From contig OX597834.1 of assembly GCA_951406725.2 (NCBI GenBank), positions 28,644,001 to 28,708,000 on the forward strand: 64,000 nt of DNA, in the 5' to 3' direction. The notes under the pieces are model-generated. The model worked only from the letters and a program-made list of their open reading frames with translations. It made no database searches and was not told where the DNA came from. A program made the translations under genes and the position numbers. Below are positions 40,351 through 53,825 of the stretch, one piece after another. The DNA is from Octopus vulgaris (Eukaryota). Positions within the stretch are counted from its first letter, which is position 1. Each line of letters begins with the position of its first letter.

Positions 40351-40640
40351 GAACGGCCATCACCTGCAAGGAGGGGGAGGGAGGAGAAGACACAGTGTCG
40401 TTGAGTGGTGCGGCGATGCCAGACGAATGCCGGACAGCAGATAAGCGCAAGGCTGACCCAGCGACGGAAGACGACGACGAAGATGATACCAACAACCACG
40501 AAGGCAAGCCAGAGTTAAAAAAGAAATTCATCATGTGCCCATCTCTCCGAAATGAAGAAGCCAAATATATGATTAAGTCTGAGGATGAGCTGAAACAGTC
40601 TCAGAAATCAGCGCCAATCAAAATGTCACTAAATACACAG
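40351..40640 (+). CDS. PCNP: PCNP exon 2
   Basis: CCAG| acceptor and CAG|GTTAGC donor; encodes ..ADKRKADPATEDDDEDD..KSAPIKMSLNTQ. ATG 40416 is an alternative start. Confidence 0.85.
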
Positions 40641-41611
40641 GTTAGCTTTCTTCTTCCTTCCTTCCTGCCTTCCTCTTCTTTCTTTCTTTGACTCGTTCTC
40701 CTTCTTTAACCCTTTAGTATTTAAACCGGCCATATCCGGCCAAAAGAGCTAATCTGTTTTATGTTCAAACTGACCAGATCCAGGCTCTCACACCTACCCC
40801 ACAATGTTATTCTACATTAAGTAATTACACCATCAAGATCTTGAAGATATGAGATAATGCATGATTAATTCAAATTAATGGGAATCAATAAGCATTATGT
40901 TTGATAGAATAATCTGAACACTAAAGGGTTAACCCTTTAGCATTCAGATTACTCTTTCAAATCATCATCATCATCATCGTTTAACATCTGCTCACCATGC
41001 TGGTATGGGTTGGATGGTTTGACTGAGGACTGGCGAGCCAGATAGCTGAACCAGGCTCTAATCTTCATCTGGCAGGATTTCTACAGCTGGATGCCCTTTC
41101 TAACGCCAACCACTCCAATAGTGTATTGGTGCTTTTACGTGCCACTGGCACGAGGTCCAGTCAGGCGGTTCTGGTGATGGCCATGCTCAAAGAAAAACAA
41201 AAAAAAACTCTTTCAAATGTAATGCTTATTTATTCATAATTCTAAATTAATCATGAATTATCTCATAGCTTTGAGGTTTCAATCTTGATTATTTATTTTT
41301 AGAATAAAAATGTAGGGTAGGTTTGGGAAGCCAGTTTTGGTCAGTTTGAACTTAAAGCAAATGGAATATTTGGGCTGGATATGGCCAATTTGATTACTAA
41401 AGGATTAATGCACAGTTTAGCTTTCTGTACTTCCTTCTTCATCTTTAACCCATTTGATATCAAACTGCCTGAAACTGCCCATGGATCTGTGATGCAAATT
41501 CCCCATTTTAAAGTTATCAAAATGATAACCTTCCACTGAAATTGCTTGTAAAATTTTGTTCCAAACACCAGCAAAGTTATTTTATTAATTTCCTCCTTAT
41601 TTTCAATCAAT

Positions 41612-42006
41612 GGAAATCGTAGCTGTGATACCAGTGCCGGTGGCACATAAGAGAACCATCCGAACCTGGCCGTTGCCAGTGCCGCCCCGACTGGCCTCCG
41701 TGCCAGTGGCACGTAAAAAGCACCATTCAATCGTGGCCGTTTGCCAGCCTTGCCTGGCCTCCGTGCCGGTAGCACGTAAAAAGCACCATCTGATCGTGGC
41801 CATTTTCCAGCCTCGTCTGGCACGTAAAAAGCACCCACTACACTCACGGGGTGGTTGGCATTAGGAAGGGCATCCAGCCGTAGAAACATTGCCAGATCAG
41901 ACTGGGCCTGGCACAGCCTTCTTGCTTCCCAGACCCCAGTTGCACCGTCCAACCCATGCTGGTATGGAAAGCGGATTCTAAACGATGATGATGGTGATGA
42001 TGATGA
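41612..42006 (+). mobile_element. Family D retro-element 3' end with internal ~60-bp repeats and (GAT)n tail
   Basis: GTGGCACGTAAAAAGCACC units, TTAGGAAGGGCATCCAGC and a TAAACGATGATG end. Other copies at 40963-41190, 47000-47138, 48604-48930, 49372-49527, 53048-53543, 55045-55439 and 57998-58130. Confidence 0.8.
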
Positions 42007-42187
42007 TAAAGCAGTGTATTTCAACAGATACATGGTAATGGAAAGGTTAATGTACTGATTACCTTTACTCTTTGTCTCGTTTCTTCCTCTTTGACTCCTT
42101 TTTCTTCATCTTCTGCTCTCTTTGTCTCCTTTCTTCATCCCAATTTCCTTCGTTTCTACATTTAACTATTTCTTTTATTAATTTCAG

Positions 42188-42262
42188 AAAAAGTCTGAGA
42201 TAAAAGCACCAGTCATCAGGAAAAGTGCTGCTGTTGCTAAAGCATTTAACCCCGACGAAGAG
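42188..42262 (+). CDS. PCNP: PCNP exon 3
   Basis: TTTCAG| KKSEIKAPVIRKSAAVAKAFNPDEE |GTGGGT; phase 0/0. Confidence 0.9.
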
Positions 42263-43723
42263 GTGGGTAACAAACCCTTATACATAAGCAATATTTGGGG
42301 TGGTATGACCCTGTAACTTCTTTTGACCCTGAAGAAGAGGGTGGTAACAAACCCTTATACATAAGCAATATTTGGGGTGGAGGTTTGACTTTTTTCACTT
42401 TGTAACTGACACTTCAACATTTAGGGAGTATGACCCTGAAGAAGAGGGTGGTAACAAACCCTTATACACAAGCAATATTTGGGGTGGAGGTTTGACTTTT
42501 TTCTCACTTTGTAACTGACACTTCAACATTTGGGGAGTATGACCCTGTAACTTCTTTTGACCCCGAAGAAGAGGGTGGTAACAAACCCTTATAAAGGCAG
42601 TACCTGACGTTTATATCAGGTCCTCCCATAAGTTCTGTCCGATTTTGTCTTTTTTATCCCTTTCGTTACCAACCCGGCTGAAACCGGCTCTGGCTCTGAA
42701 TTAAAATCTTCCACCAAACCTTAGTCACAATTTACATTCCTAACACTAGCTGAATGATAACTAAGTTGTTTTACTAAATTCTTTGTTATATTTAAAGTAA
42801 TTGAAAGAAACAGAGAGTGTCTTAAAATAAATACAGTAACAAAAGGGTTAAAATTGAATGAAATTTAATAGTATTTTAGAATGTCTAATGGAATTAAAAA
42901 TTATTTTCATGCATTTGTGAACCTGGAACCATGTGGTTGGGAAGCAAACTTACTACACATGTGGTAATGATCTTCCCCAAAGAGTTGGACTTAATAGTAT
43001 TTTGCTCCTTTTTCTTTTTTTTTTTCTTTTACTTTTTAACTAGGACAATGAGAGTACTGTAAATATCTTTGTAGCTATCTTTGAGATCTGAATATCTTTC
43101 GAGGTATTTGAAGTTTCTAACCCCTTAGCATTCAGGTTACCTTAGCAAATGTAATGCTTATTATTTATTCACACTGTTTTTCAATTAATCCTGTATTATC
43201 TCAGAGCTCTGAGATTTGAATGATGTTTTATTTTGAGAACGACATTGAAAGGTAGGTGTGAGAGGCTGGATCTGGCTGGTTTGAACATAAGACAGGTAGG
43301 ATATTTGGGCCAGTCATGGCTGGTTTAAATGTTTCTTTTTCCTCTTCTTTAATTCCTAGCTGACAACTGGAGGGTGAGGCTGTCTTCTCAAGCAATACGC
43401 TACTGTGGATGCTACTGGACGACCAACTCTGGTGATGATGTTATTCCATGCTTTCCAATCTATGGTGTTGGCCTTAGCATGCTCAAGGTCGAGGTGCTGC
43501 AACTTCAAGTCTTCCTCGATTTATTTCACCCGTGCCTTCTTTGGTGTGCTCTGCTGGATTCTCCAGAATGTAGGTTGCTGCCGCCAGGAAAGTTGGTTTA
43601 AATGCTAAATGGTTAAAAGTATTAGGAAGCACAATTAAGAAAATAGGTTTCAAAGAGATCTTTTGTTTGTGTTGAGTATTGAAACTTGGTTGATAGGTTT
43701 TGTTTTATTTCTCATGTTTGCAG

Positions 43724-43779
43724 AGTGACGAAGAAGAGATGCCTCCAGAAGCGAAGATGAGGATGAGGAATATTGGCAG
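43724..43779 (+). CDS. PCNP: PCNP exon 4
   Basis: TGCAG| SDEEEMPPEAKMRMRNIG(R) |GTAGGT; hallmark PCNP motif EEMPPEAKMRMxNIGR. Confidence 0.95.
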
Positions 43780-44009
43780 GTAGGTAATGGTGGTGCTTGT
43801 CTCTTGCTCTGTCACTCTTACATACCAGTAAACTACCTGCTGTTGAATGAGATGATTGAATGCACCTGTTGGATTGCTGATGACTTGGTATGGCTGACTG
43901 GACATTCAGTATGTTTTGGTACTGGTAGCAAAAACACACACACATGCACAGAAATATGCACATACAGATAGAGAGAGTGAAAAGCAGAGAGAGAGAGAGA
44001 CACATAATT

Positions 44010-44236
44010 TATTTCTTTATGGCCCACAGGGGGGCTAAACATAGAGAGGACAGACAAGGGGATTAAGTCGATTATATTGACCCCCCAGTGATTTACTGGT
44101 ACTTATTTAATTGACCCCGAAAGGATGAAAGGCAAAGTCGACCTCGGCGGAATTTGAACTCAGAACGTAATGGCAGACAAAATACCGCTAGGCATTTCGC
44201 CCGGCGTGCTAACGTTTCTGCCAGCTCGCTGCCTTA
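44010..44236 (-). mobile_element. SINE family B (intronic)
   Basis: Homology to other family-B copies. Confidence 0.85.
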
Positions 44237-44947
44237 TAATTTATTAATTGAACACAATTGGTATGAATACTTTTCCCTCTCTTCTTACACATAAAGAGAA
44301 AGAGGAACATTGAAATGACTGATGCCAATAAGTCAGTGTTGAATGAACCAGCAATGCCAAATAGGTGGTACCAAAATGTCTTTGCTAAAGTGTCTCATAC
44401 TTATCCCTCTCCACCATTGCCACTAACTAACGCTGCCATATTTGCACCACAGTTGCACACATCTATGCACATATACATATCACACTAACACACACATACC
44501 ACCTTCCCCTTATACCGACTTCAAGGCACAGATGCACTCTCATATATGCATCTACACACCTGCCCCTTCCTCATAGAATTTTCTAATCTTTCTTTCTTCC
44601 TCCTCTGTTCTTTTCCCATATTTTTTGTCTGCTTTCTTTTATATTCTGCTTCTCTTTCTTGCTCTCCCTATACTTTTTTTATATTTTGTGATGAAGGACT
44701 GATGTCCAAAACGTTTAGACACTATTTTGCTCCCTCTGAATTTGAGAAACTTTGTTCTTAATGCGCTGTCCCTTTTAATGTTTGTATTCAGTGCTAATCT
44801 CCACAGATCTTCCTCATTGGCAGCTTGAGTCATAAGAGAATTTTTTTTTCATTTCCTGTGTCCCTGTGAAAACAAAATAAGACCAAACAAAATCATAAAC
44901 TAACTGCTGACATATTTTCAAGTGTTCTTTTCTCTTCTTTTTTGTAG

Positions 44948-45065
44948 AGACACTCCAACGGCTGCTGGCCCCAATTCCTACGGCAAGGGACGACTGGGCT
45001 TTTGCGATCGGCAGAAAATATTCGAAAGAGAAATCAAGAAGAAAACAGACAGCCCAAGCAATTGA
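44948..45065 (+). CDS. PCNP: PCNP exon 5 (last coding exon)
   Basis: TTGTAG| (R)[38 protein letters not shown]; matches the PCNP DTPTSAGPNSF.KG..GF motif, phase consistent. Confidence 0.95.
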
Positions 45066-45713
45066 TGTACAACCACAACAATAACAACATAAGAAGACAT
45101 TGTGTAGATCTAATTATATAGACAATTGCTTGTATATGTTTCTCCTTCCATCTTTCACCCATCACTTGTGCCGCGTTTCTCTGTCTATAATACACACATG
45201 CACAAATATATATCTATCTATATATACATTTATAAATATATATATTTATATATGTGTGTGTGTGTAGTGTATGGTTGTATGTATGTATGTATGTGTGTGT
45301 GTTGTGTATGTATCTGTATTTATATATACATAAACACGTATAATATAATATAAATATATGACTAATAATATAATATAAATATATGACCATTTTGTTTTGT
45401 CACCTTCAGTAGTTTGTCTTAGATCTTATTTAGCATTTTTAAAAATTTTAAATAACTATTATGGTCTTTGTTTAGGGTTTTAGCTGAGATTTTCCTCATA
45501 GGCCTGTTTCTGGGAAACTGGGTCTATTTCTCCATCCCTCTTCAAACAACTGTGAATCGTTTCCTCACCTGGAGTCTTTCCGGCTCCATTAGTACGCATT
45601 CTCCATTCCAGCTGGTTTCGAGAGAGAGAGAGAGAGAGTAAGTGCATAATTACCTCTTCCCAGCAACAGCTATAGTTTGAGAGTATGTACATGAGTGTGT
45701 GTGTGTGTGTATG

Positions 45714-45749
<36 letters not shown>

Positions 45750-45814
45750 GGTCCCGGGTTGAGTCGGGGTTAACCACAGTAAATAAGGTACTCAATACAT
45801 AGCAGAGTAAAGTA

Positions 45815-45890
45815 ATTTATTTTATAGAAGGAGCTTCTACAGGACTAGAACTAAAACAGTTCTAGTCCTGTAGAACTCCTTCTATAAAAT

Positions 45891-45895
<5 letters not shown>
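45815..45895. repeat. Palindrome adjoining (TA)n
   Basis: TTTTATAGAAGGAG..CAGGACTAGAACT-AAAAC-AGTTCTAGTCCTG..CTCCTTCTATAAAA. Confidence 0.85.
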
Positions 45896-45930
<35 letters not shown>

Positions 45931-47739
45931 GTGAGAGACAGACAGAAAGTAGTGTGTGTGTGTGAGTGTATACTAAACTCATAGGGCTGATGAGGCACAA
46001 CTGAAGACTTCAACTTCATATTCAGTGTCAAAAGAAAAGACGCAGTGGAATGTTACCTGTGACATCTCCATGTTACACCCCATACGCATGCACAGGTGCA
46101 TTCTTCCTTACACACACATACACACGCATTGTGCTGCCTGACAACTGGTGGTATGTACCTCCCAATGTAAACGATAAATAAGGGTCATAGACGTATTTGC
46201 CTGTCCCATACATTGGGGTCAGATGAATATTTTTAACTGCTTGACCTTTCGCGATTCAGGGGTATCGATCCACTGGGAATTAGTACAACTCTCCCCTACA
46301 TACATACACACACACACACACAGAGCCCACAACTAGCTTTACCACAACCACCTCAGCTCACTGAATCAGGGATAGAGTGCACATTGTTGTTAAGAGCTGA
46401 CTGCAAGATTGGTGCTTTTAATCTATGACACACTTTGCTGTTGTTCAGTCATTCTGATTTGACACCTCTGCATTGTGCCTATCCATAGACTGAGTGACTG
46501 AGCCAATGACAAATACTGTAATTGTTTAATTGGATGCAGTTTGTTGGGACCAGCTGATATCCTGTCAGCTGCAGTTGTCCATCACACAAGGAATGGTGTG
46601 ATTGTCTGAGTGTGTTTTAACCCTTCAGCATTTAAACCAGCCATATTTACTCAATATATTCTTCCTGTTTTATGTTCAAACTGGCCTGATCCAGCCTTTC
46701 ACACCTACCCTACAATGTTAGTCTATAAAAAAAAAAATAGTCACATAATCGAAATCTCAAGGCGACAAGACAATACCTGATTAATTCAAAATGATGTGAA
46801 TAAATAAGCATTATATTTGATAAAGGGGTAGAAGAAAAAGGGGTTGAGCTTCTAGTGGGATTAAAGATTGTGGAGATTGCGTGTGTATGTGGAGTAATTA
46901 CTGAGAAATTTCAATAGCTGTCCTCTCCACTTTAGGTTTGTGTCCCTAGATTCTACATGTTCCTATATGTATGCGTATCGTAGGAAACAAAACTGGGTGG
47001 TTAGGAAGGGCATCCAACTATAAAGACCATTGCCAAAACAGACAGTGAAGCTTGGTGCAGTCTTCTCCCCAGCCAGCTCCTGTCAAACCGTCCAACCCAT
47101 GCCAGCATGGAAAGCAGACATGAAATAATGATGATGATTTTATATATATATATATATATAATGTCGTCCTGAATTATACATTTTTGCAGTGTGTTGATGG
47201 CACTAAAATGCAAGTCTCTCCGATAAAGTGGGTTCCCCCATCAGATGAAACCATAGCGGTACTTGCTTCTGACTTTCTCGTGTTTTCTTGGCTGAGATAT
47301 TGGGGTGGTTTGCCATTGCCTTCCCCAACTAGATGGCTGCTGGCCCCCCCGGGGAGCTCATCTGCCCTTTGACAAGCCTTGTTTTTTTAGTCCTGCTGAG
47401 TGCCCAGACACCCTCCTCACAAGAGTAGCTAACTACACAAGTGGGAGGGGTGGTTTTAGTGACCGACCATCCAACCGTGAAACACCTACTTGTTTACATG
47501 GTACCAGTAGCAGATCTCATCATCCTGTGATGAGATCTCTGACCTAATATTTTGTGTGTGTATACACACTCTGACAGATACATACATACATACATACACA
47601 CACACAAATAAATAAATATATATATATATATATCAATAATAATAATAAAGGGTGAAATTAATTAATTTAGAAATAATCATTAATTTCACCAAGTAGATTT
47701 CGGCATGTAAAGCCCCATTCAAGGAAGGTTTAAGTAATA

Positions 47740-47946
47740 CTAAGTAATTAAGGGTTTAACAAGGATTTGCCTCACCACACACCGAAATTTAGAAATAGCA
47801 GTCAAAGAGTTTTGGCTATTCTTTCTACTTAAGAGTAGGAAGAATAGCCCAAAACTCTTAAAAGTAGAAAGAATAGCCAAAACTCTTTGACTGCTATTTC
47901 TAAATTCGGTGTGTGGTGAGGCAAATCATTGCTAAACCCTTAATTA

Positions 47947-47992
<46 letters not shown>

Positions 47993-48150
47993 CAATAAAG
48001 GGCTTCCAAATAAAGAAGCATTGTGCTAGACACACAAAAAGGGATAAATTCATGAAATTTTTAATTTTCATTCCTTTCATGAATTTATTCCTTTTTGTGT
48101 GCCTAGCACAACACTTCTTTATTTGGAAGACCTTTATTGTATTTCTATAT
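47740..48150. repeat. Two palindromes (47740-47950, 47985-48150) separated by (TA)n
   Basis: Inverted arms read directly. Confidence 0.85.
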
Positions 48151-49530
48151 CGTCTTTTGTGCTGGGTCACTGGTAATAATAATTTATTTTTTATTACCCT
48201 ATTTACTATGTTTATATATATATATATATATATATAGGATGTGAGATCAAGGTAGACCATATAGGTATTTTGATTATATTTTACTTGTTTTGGTAGTATT
48301 AGGGGGTAGCTAGCTATAACTGGCTTTCCTTTGCTTCTATTTCAATGAGACTCCAACTTTTGTGGAACCATTGAACTGTGATAAACTCTATGAAGCTGTA
48401 CAATCTCTAATATGTACGAAACAAATACTGCTGATACATCTTCTCTTCTTTCTCTTTCTCATTTTATCACTAAAATCCTTCCTTTTTACCACATCAGCGA
48501 CTGGAAAATACACTGGAAATTGGATGCTAAAAACAACCTTTGTTTGTTGTCTATATAAATTTGTGTGTGTGTGTATGTGTGTTTGCATTTGTGTAAGTGT
48601 GTGTGTCATCGTTTAACGTCCGCGTTGCGTGCTAGCATGGGTTGGACGGTTCGACCGGGGTCTGGGAAGCCAGGAGGCTGCACCAGGCTCCAGTCTGATC
48701 TGGCAGTGTTTCTACAGCTGGATGCCCTTCCTAACGCCAACCACTCCGTGAGTGGAGTGGGTGCCTTTTACGTGCCACCAGCATAGGTGCCAGGGGAGTC
48801 TGGCAGCGGTCACGATCAGTTGGTGCTTTTTACGTGCCACTGGCACAGAAGCCAGTCACGGCGGCGCTGGCATCGGCCACGTTCGGATGGTGCTTTTTAC
48901 GTGCCACCGGCACAGGTATCACAACTACTATTTCCATTTTATTATCTATTTCGATGTTCATGTACTTGACTCAATAGGTCTCCTCAAGCACAGCAGGTTG
49001 TTCTGAAGTGTATATATATATATATATATATGGATATGATGACCGTGACCGACCAGACTATCAGATATTGCTACACATCGCTGGTCACAATGCGCTTTGC
49101 ATTTTTTTTAGCCTTCAAATGACACCACCCCGCTGGCTAAGCAAGCAGGCCAACAGAAGAAAGAGTGAGAGGAAGTTGTGGCGAAAGAGTACAGCAGGGA
49201 TTGTCACCACCCCCTGCTGGAGCCGCATGGAGCTTTAGGTGTTTTCGCTCAATAAACACTTACAACGCCCGGTCTGGGAAACGAAACCGCGATCCTACGA
49301 CCGCAAGTCCGCTGCCCTAACCACTGGGCCATTGCGCCTCCACGTATATATATATATATATATATATATATGGAGTGGTTGGTGTTAGGAAGGGCATCCA
49401 GCTGTAGAAACATTGCCAGATAAGACTGGAGCCTGGTGCAGCCTTCTGGCTTCCCAGATCCCCGGTCAAACCGTCCAACCCATGCTAGCATGGAGAACGG
49501 ACGTTAAACGATGATGATGATGATGATATA

Positions 49531-50486
49531 CGAAGGTTGGCTGAAAAGTTCATAGGCTGATCAAGATACTCTCATGGAATGCTACCAAATGAGATTTATT
49601 TTCCAGCATAGTCACCCTTTGTGGCCCACATACTTCTTCCATTGGTGCTGCAGTGCTTGGAACCCATTGAACAAACTTTTATCCTGTTGGTCAAAAAAGT
49701 CATCAACAGCAAATATGATGCCATCTTCACTGCAATACTGGTTCCCATCCAGGGGCACCCATGTTGGGAGCAGATGATTGTCAGATGGGAGCCAAATCAG
49801 GAGAATAGAGACAGTGATCAACCAGTTTAAAGACATGGTCACACACAGCCATTGAAGCCAAGGACTTCTGTACTGGAGCATTGTCGTGATGAAACAAGAC
49901 CCTAACCCTAACCTTTTGTCAGTTCTCCTGGCTGTTTGTGTTTGATTGCCTTTTCTAACAGCCTCAGTAAATTGGTATAGTACTCTCCATTGATAGTGTG
50001 GCCTTTTTTGAAGATAGTCAATAAACACAATGCCTTTGACATCTGAAAAAATCTGAGGTCCTCACCTTTCCTACAGATAAAACGACCATGGACTTCTTTG
50101 GATCTCGTGAAATGGTGGGGGGTCTACTGCATGGATTGTTTCTTTGTCTCTGACTGAAAGTGATATAACCTAAACTCATTCGTTGTCATTGTTGATAAAG
50201 CTGGAGCATCATCCCCTAATGTGGAAATCATGTCAACATGAATGTTGTTGGAGGAGAAACCCTTTTTCTCCAGGTACTTGATAGTACCACAATGCTAAAT
50301 TTTGTCCATTTTCAAGATAAGTTGCTACTAGTTACTATTGAAATCTCTGAACAGTGAGATACCAGTTTACTTGGAAAGAAACAAAGCAGTTAATAATAAG
50401 AAGAGTTGAAATTAATGCATGCAAGATTTCACAGCTCTAGTATCACTCCTTCATAGTCGGCCTATGAACTTTTCATCTCACCCTTG
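49531..50486 (-). mobile_element. Mariner fossil with both TIRs
   Basis: TA-CGAAGGTTGGCTGAAAAGTTCATAGGCTGA ... TCGGCCTATGAACTTTTCATCTCACCCTTG; C-terminal FNGFQALQHQWKKYV..KG. Confidence 0.85.
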
Positions 50487-50517
50487 TTTCGCACATTAAC
50501 TTGTGTATGTATTTGTT

Positions 50518-50928
50518 ATTTCTTTACTGCCCACAAGGGGCTAAACATAGAAGGGACAAACAAGGACAGGCAAACGGATTAAGTCGATTACATCGACCCC
50601 AGTGCGTAACTGGTACTTAATTTATCGACCCCGAAAGGATGAAAGGCAAAGTCAACCTCAGTGGAATTTGAACTAAGAATGTAACGGCAGACGCAATACC
50701 TATTTTTCATTACCCACAAGGGGCTAAACATAGAAGAGACAAACATGGACAGACTTAGGTATTAAGTCGATTATATCGACCCCAGTGCTTAACTGGTACT
50801 TAATTTATCGACCCCGAAAGGATGAAAGGCAAAGTCAACCTCAGCGGAATTTGAACTCAGAACGTAACAGCAGACGAAATACCGCTAAGCATTTCGCCCT
50901 TTGTACTAACATTTCTGCCAGCTCGCCA
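50518..50928 (-). mobile_element. SINE family B dimer
   Basis: Two bodies and one head, joined at AATACC|TATTT. Confidence 0.88.
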
Positions 50929-51374
50929 CCATGTGTATGTATTTGTGTGTGCATATAACCTCGGGCATGTGTTTTTATCATAGCCTTTGGTTGACGCATG
51001 GCTCATAAGTAGAGTTAGCTAAACATAAACTGTGCGATACCCTGTTGGATGGGTTTCTTATCATTATTGTCCAGTTCTACTTGCTTGCATGAGTCAACCA
51101 GAATGTTTTGAGGCAGATTTTCTACAGCCTAAAGCCATTTCTGTTGTCGCCCTTCACCTGTTTCCAAACTGGGTAATATTTTCCTGAGGGCCGACATGTT
51201 TTATAAGGAAGACTGAAAACAACACTGCTTTTATGATGGTGATGTTTGTTTACAACAATCATTTGATGTCAAGACAAAGGTATGCACATGCACACATACA
51301 AGTGGCTTCTTTCAGTTTCCACCTACCAAATCCACTCATGTGGCTTTGGTCGGTTTGGGACTTTAATAGAAAAA

Positions 51375-51873
51375 TACTGTAAATCCTCGAGTATAATCTG
51401 CATTTTTTCCCCAAAATTTAAAGGTCAAAACACTTAGTGCGTACTATATAGGAGGTTAAAAATGAAAAATATTTTCTAAGCAAAGTCCGAGTCTCTATTT
51501 GCTGTCCAGCAATGTTTATTCAGACGCATTTTGTGATGTTGGGCGCGAAAATACCTTAAGCTAAGCCTGAAAGCAATGAAGTCCTAAAAGAATCATCCAT
51601 AACTTGCGGTAAGCAACATTTATTAAACATTGTTACTATTATTTCTTTATTTTCTGCAAACAAAATGCACAAAAAAGCTACACGTTTGCATTATGTTATC
51701 TATGCAATAATAATAAAGGACGTTACCGTATACAGTTTTACAAACCAGGGACGTTATATAGACCTCCTTGAATCAAGTTATAGAAGGGGTGCGTATTATA
51801 CACAAGATTAAGGTTTTTCAGAGGTACAGCCCCCTAAAAATCCCTTGCATATTATACTTGAGGATTTACAGTA
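51375..51873. mobile_element. Tc1/mariner/pogo-type MITE interrupting a family-C SINE
   Basis: TACTGTAAATCCTCGAGTATAAT...ATTATACTTGAGGATTTACAGTA; TA ends. Confidence 0.85.
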
Positions 51874-52255
51874 CTTGCCCAAGGTGCTGCACAGTGCAAT
51901 TGAACCCCAGACCTCATGGGTCAGAAACAAGTTTCTTAACCACAGACAGAGCTGGAGAGAGTCTGTTGTAAGATGGTTGGTTATAGAAATGGCATCCAGC
52001 TATAAAACCAGTGTTAAAAAAAAAAAATTTGGCATGTGTAACAAGAAGATGGTCTTTTCCTTGTGTGTGTGCCAGATGACTTTGGACCATGAATGGTAGC
52101 AAGGTGCTGTATGGTTTGTCTAACCCTCTGGTTCTTGACCATGTTTTATGTATGGACCCAATTTGATTACTAATTTACTCTGGTGGACCCCATAGCCATT
52201 GAATACCTAAACTAGATACTTTCAGAATTTCTATTTCATTTCTCGCACAAACCTA

Positions 52256-52548
52256 GGCAATCTTACGGTTCTAGTATATTTTACGTCAACTGACCACGTG
52301 TATTTTTTTATATATGATCGTCGATTTCCGTAAAAAACTTTTATTTTTTTACATATGGGGTTGGGGGGAAATGGGATCTTTGGGATTAGGGTTAGGACCC
52401 TAACCCTAACCCCAAGGATCCTATTTCCCTCCCATATGTAACAAAATAAATGTGAAAAAAAAAAAATTTTTTACGGAAATCGACGATCATATATAAACAA
52501 ATACACGTGGTCAGTTGACGTAAAATATACTAGAACCGTAAGATTGCC
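52256..52548. mobile_element. Fold-back element with head-to-head TTAGGG/CCCTAA centre, nested in a hAT-like MITE
   Basis: GGCAATCTTACGGTTCTAG...CTAGAACCGTAAGATTGCC; CTA on both flanks. Confidence 0.85.
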
Positions 52549-53047
52549 CTATCCTTAGAACTCTCTGAGAGAACATGTTTTGGTGGCTGGCAATGTGTTA
52601 AACTATGTAAAGCATTAAGAAAAAGAAACCTGTTTCTGGCAATGAAATCAAAATTTTTTTTCAGTTACCCTTAAAATACTACTGTGGACCCAATTTGCTA
52701 TTTTGCTTGCATGGACTCCCAGGGGTCAAATGCACCATAGCTGAGAACCACTGGTCTAATCTATACGAATATAGAAAAATGGATGTAAAATGATGCTGAC
52801 CGTAAAGGCAACTATTTATATCACTCCAGACATATATAACAAATAAACCTTGTTGAAAAGAATAAACCAGAAATTATTAGTATGTCCATAGTTAGCAACT
52901 TAAACTGAAAGACCAGAAATCCACAAACAGCATTATCACGGCTGAACAGTAACAAGATGTAATTACATGATTTAATAGCATACAAAAGGAAAATACACCA
53001 TAGAATTTTACTCATTAAGTTCTAAATCCATTCTCCAGAAAGCTTTA

Positions 53048-53543
53048 GAATTCCAGCGATGCCAGTGCCACCTTGACTGGCTTCCGTGCTGGTGGCATGT
53101 AAAAAGCACCATCCGAATGTGGCCGATGCCATCGCCGCCTTGACTGGCTTCCGTGCTGGTGGCATGTAAAAAGCACCATCCGAACGTGGCCAATGCCAGT
53201 GCCGCCTTGACTGGCTTCCATGCCGGTGGCACGTAAAAAGCACCATCCGAATGTGGCCGATGCTAGTGCCGCCTTGACTGGCTTCCGTGCCAGTGGCACG
53301 TAAAAAGCACCAATCTGATCGTGGCTGTTGCCAGCCTTGCCTGGCACCTGTGCAGGTGGCACGTAAAAAGCACCCACTACACTCTCGGAGTGGTTGGTGT
53401 TAGGAAGGGCATCCAGCTGTAGAAACACTGCCACATCAAACTGGAGCCTGGTGCAGCCTTCTGGCTTCCCAGACCCCGGTCGAACTGTCCAACCCATGCT
53501 AGTATGGAAAACGGACGTTAAATGGTGATGATGATGATGATGA
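53048..53543 (+). mobile_element. Family D element with about five internal 60-bp tandem units
   Basis: Repeated AAAAAGCACCATCCGAAYGTGGCC..TTGACTGGCTTCCGTGC.GGTGGCA.GT. Confidence 0.85.
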
Positions 53544-53825
53544 TAGTGAATGCCAGGAAAGCACAGAAAATTTTGCTTCTTCATGGATAGCTTTGTTCTT
53601 CCAAGGATCTGTTTGTGGTTGAGAGGCTTGCATGGTTAAGTGACCCAGAGGGTGATGCTGGTGTGTGCTTAGGCTCTTGGCAGGGTTACCCATACCAGAC
53701 TGACCAAGAGATAGAATCCAGACAAAGCACAATCCACCTCTTCTCAAGCCTAAAGAAGTTGGCCTTAGGCTAACAACCTCAATCTGAGAACATGTTTCAC
53801 ATATCCATATTAATGTTAATATTTA

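Noticed and set aside
41341-42033. 230-aa minus-strand ORF (and similar at 53045-53584)
   Set aside because: Runs through the family D repeat and MITE sequence, antisense within a PCNP intron.
52380-52412. Head-to-head telomere fusion scar
   Set aside because: Only about two repeats per side, at the symmetry centre of a fold-back transposon.
53055-53375. CRISPR-like repeat array
   Set aside because: The apparent spacers are near-identical to each other, the array lies inside a multi-copy retro-element, and the DNA is eukaryotic with no cas genes.
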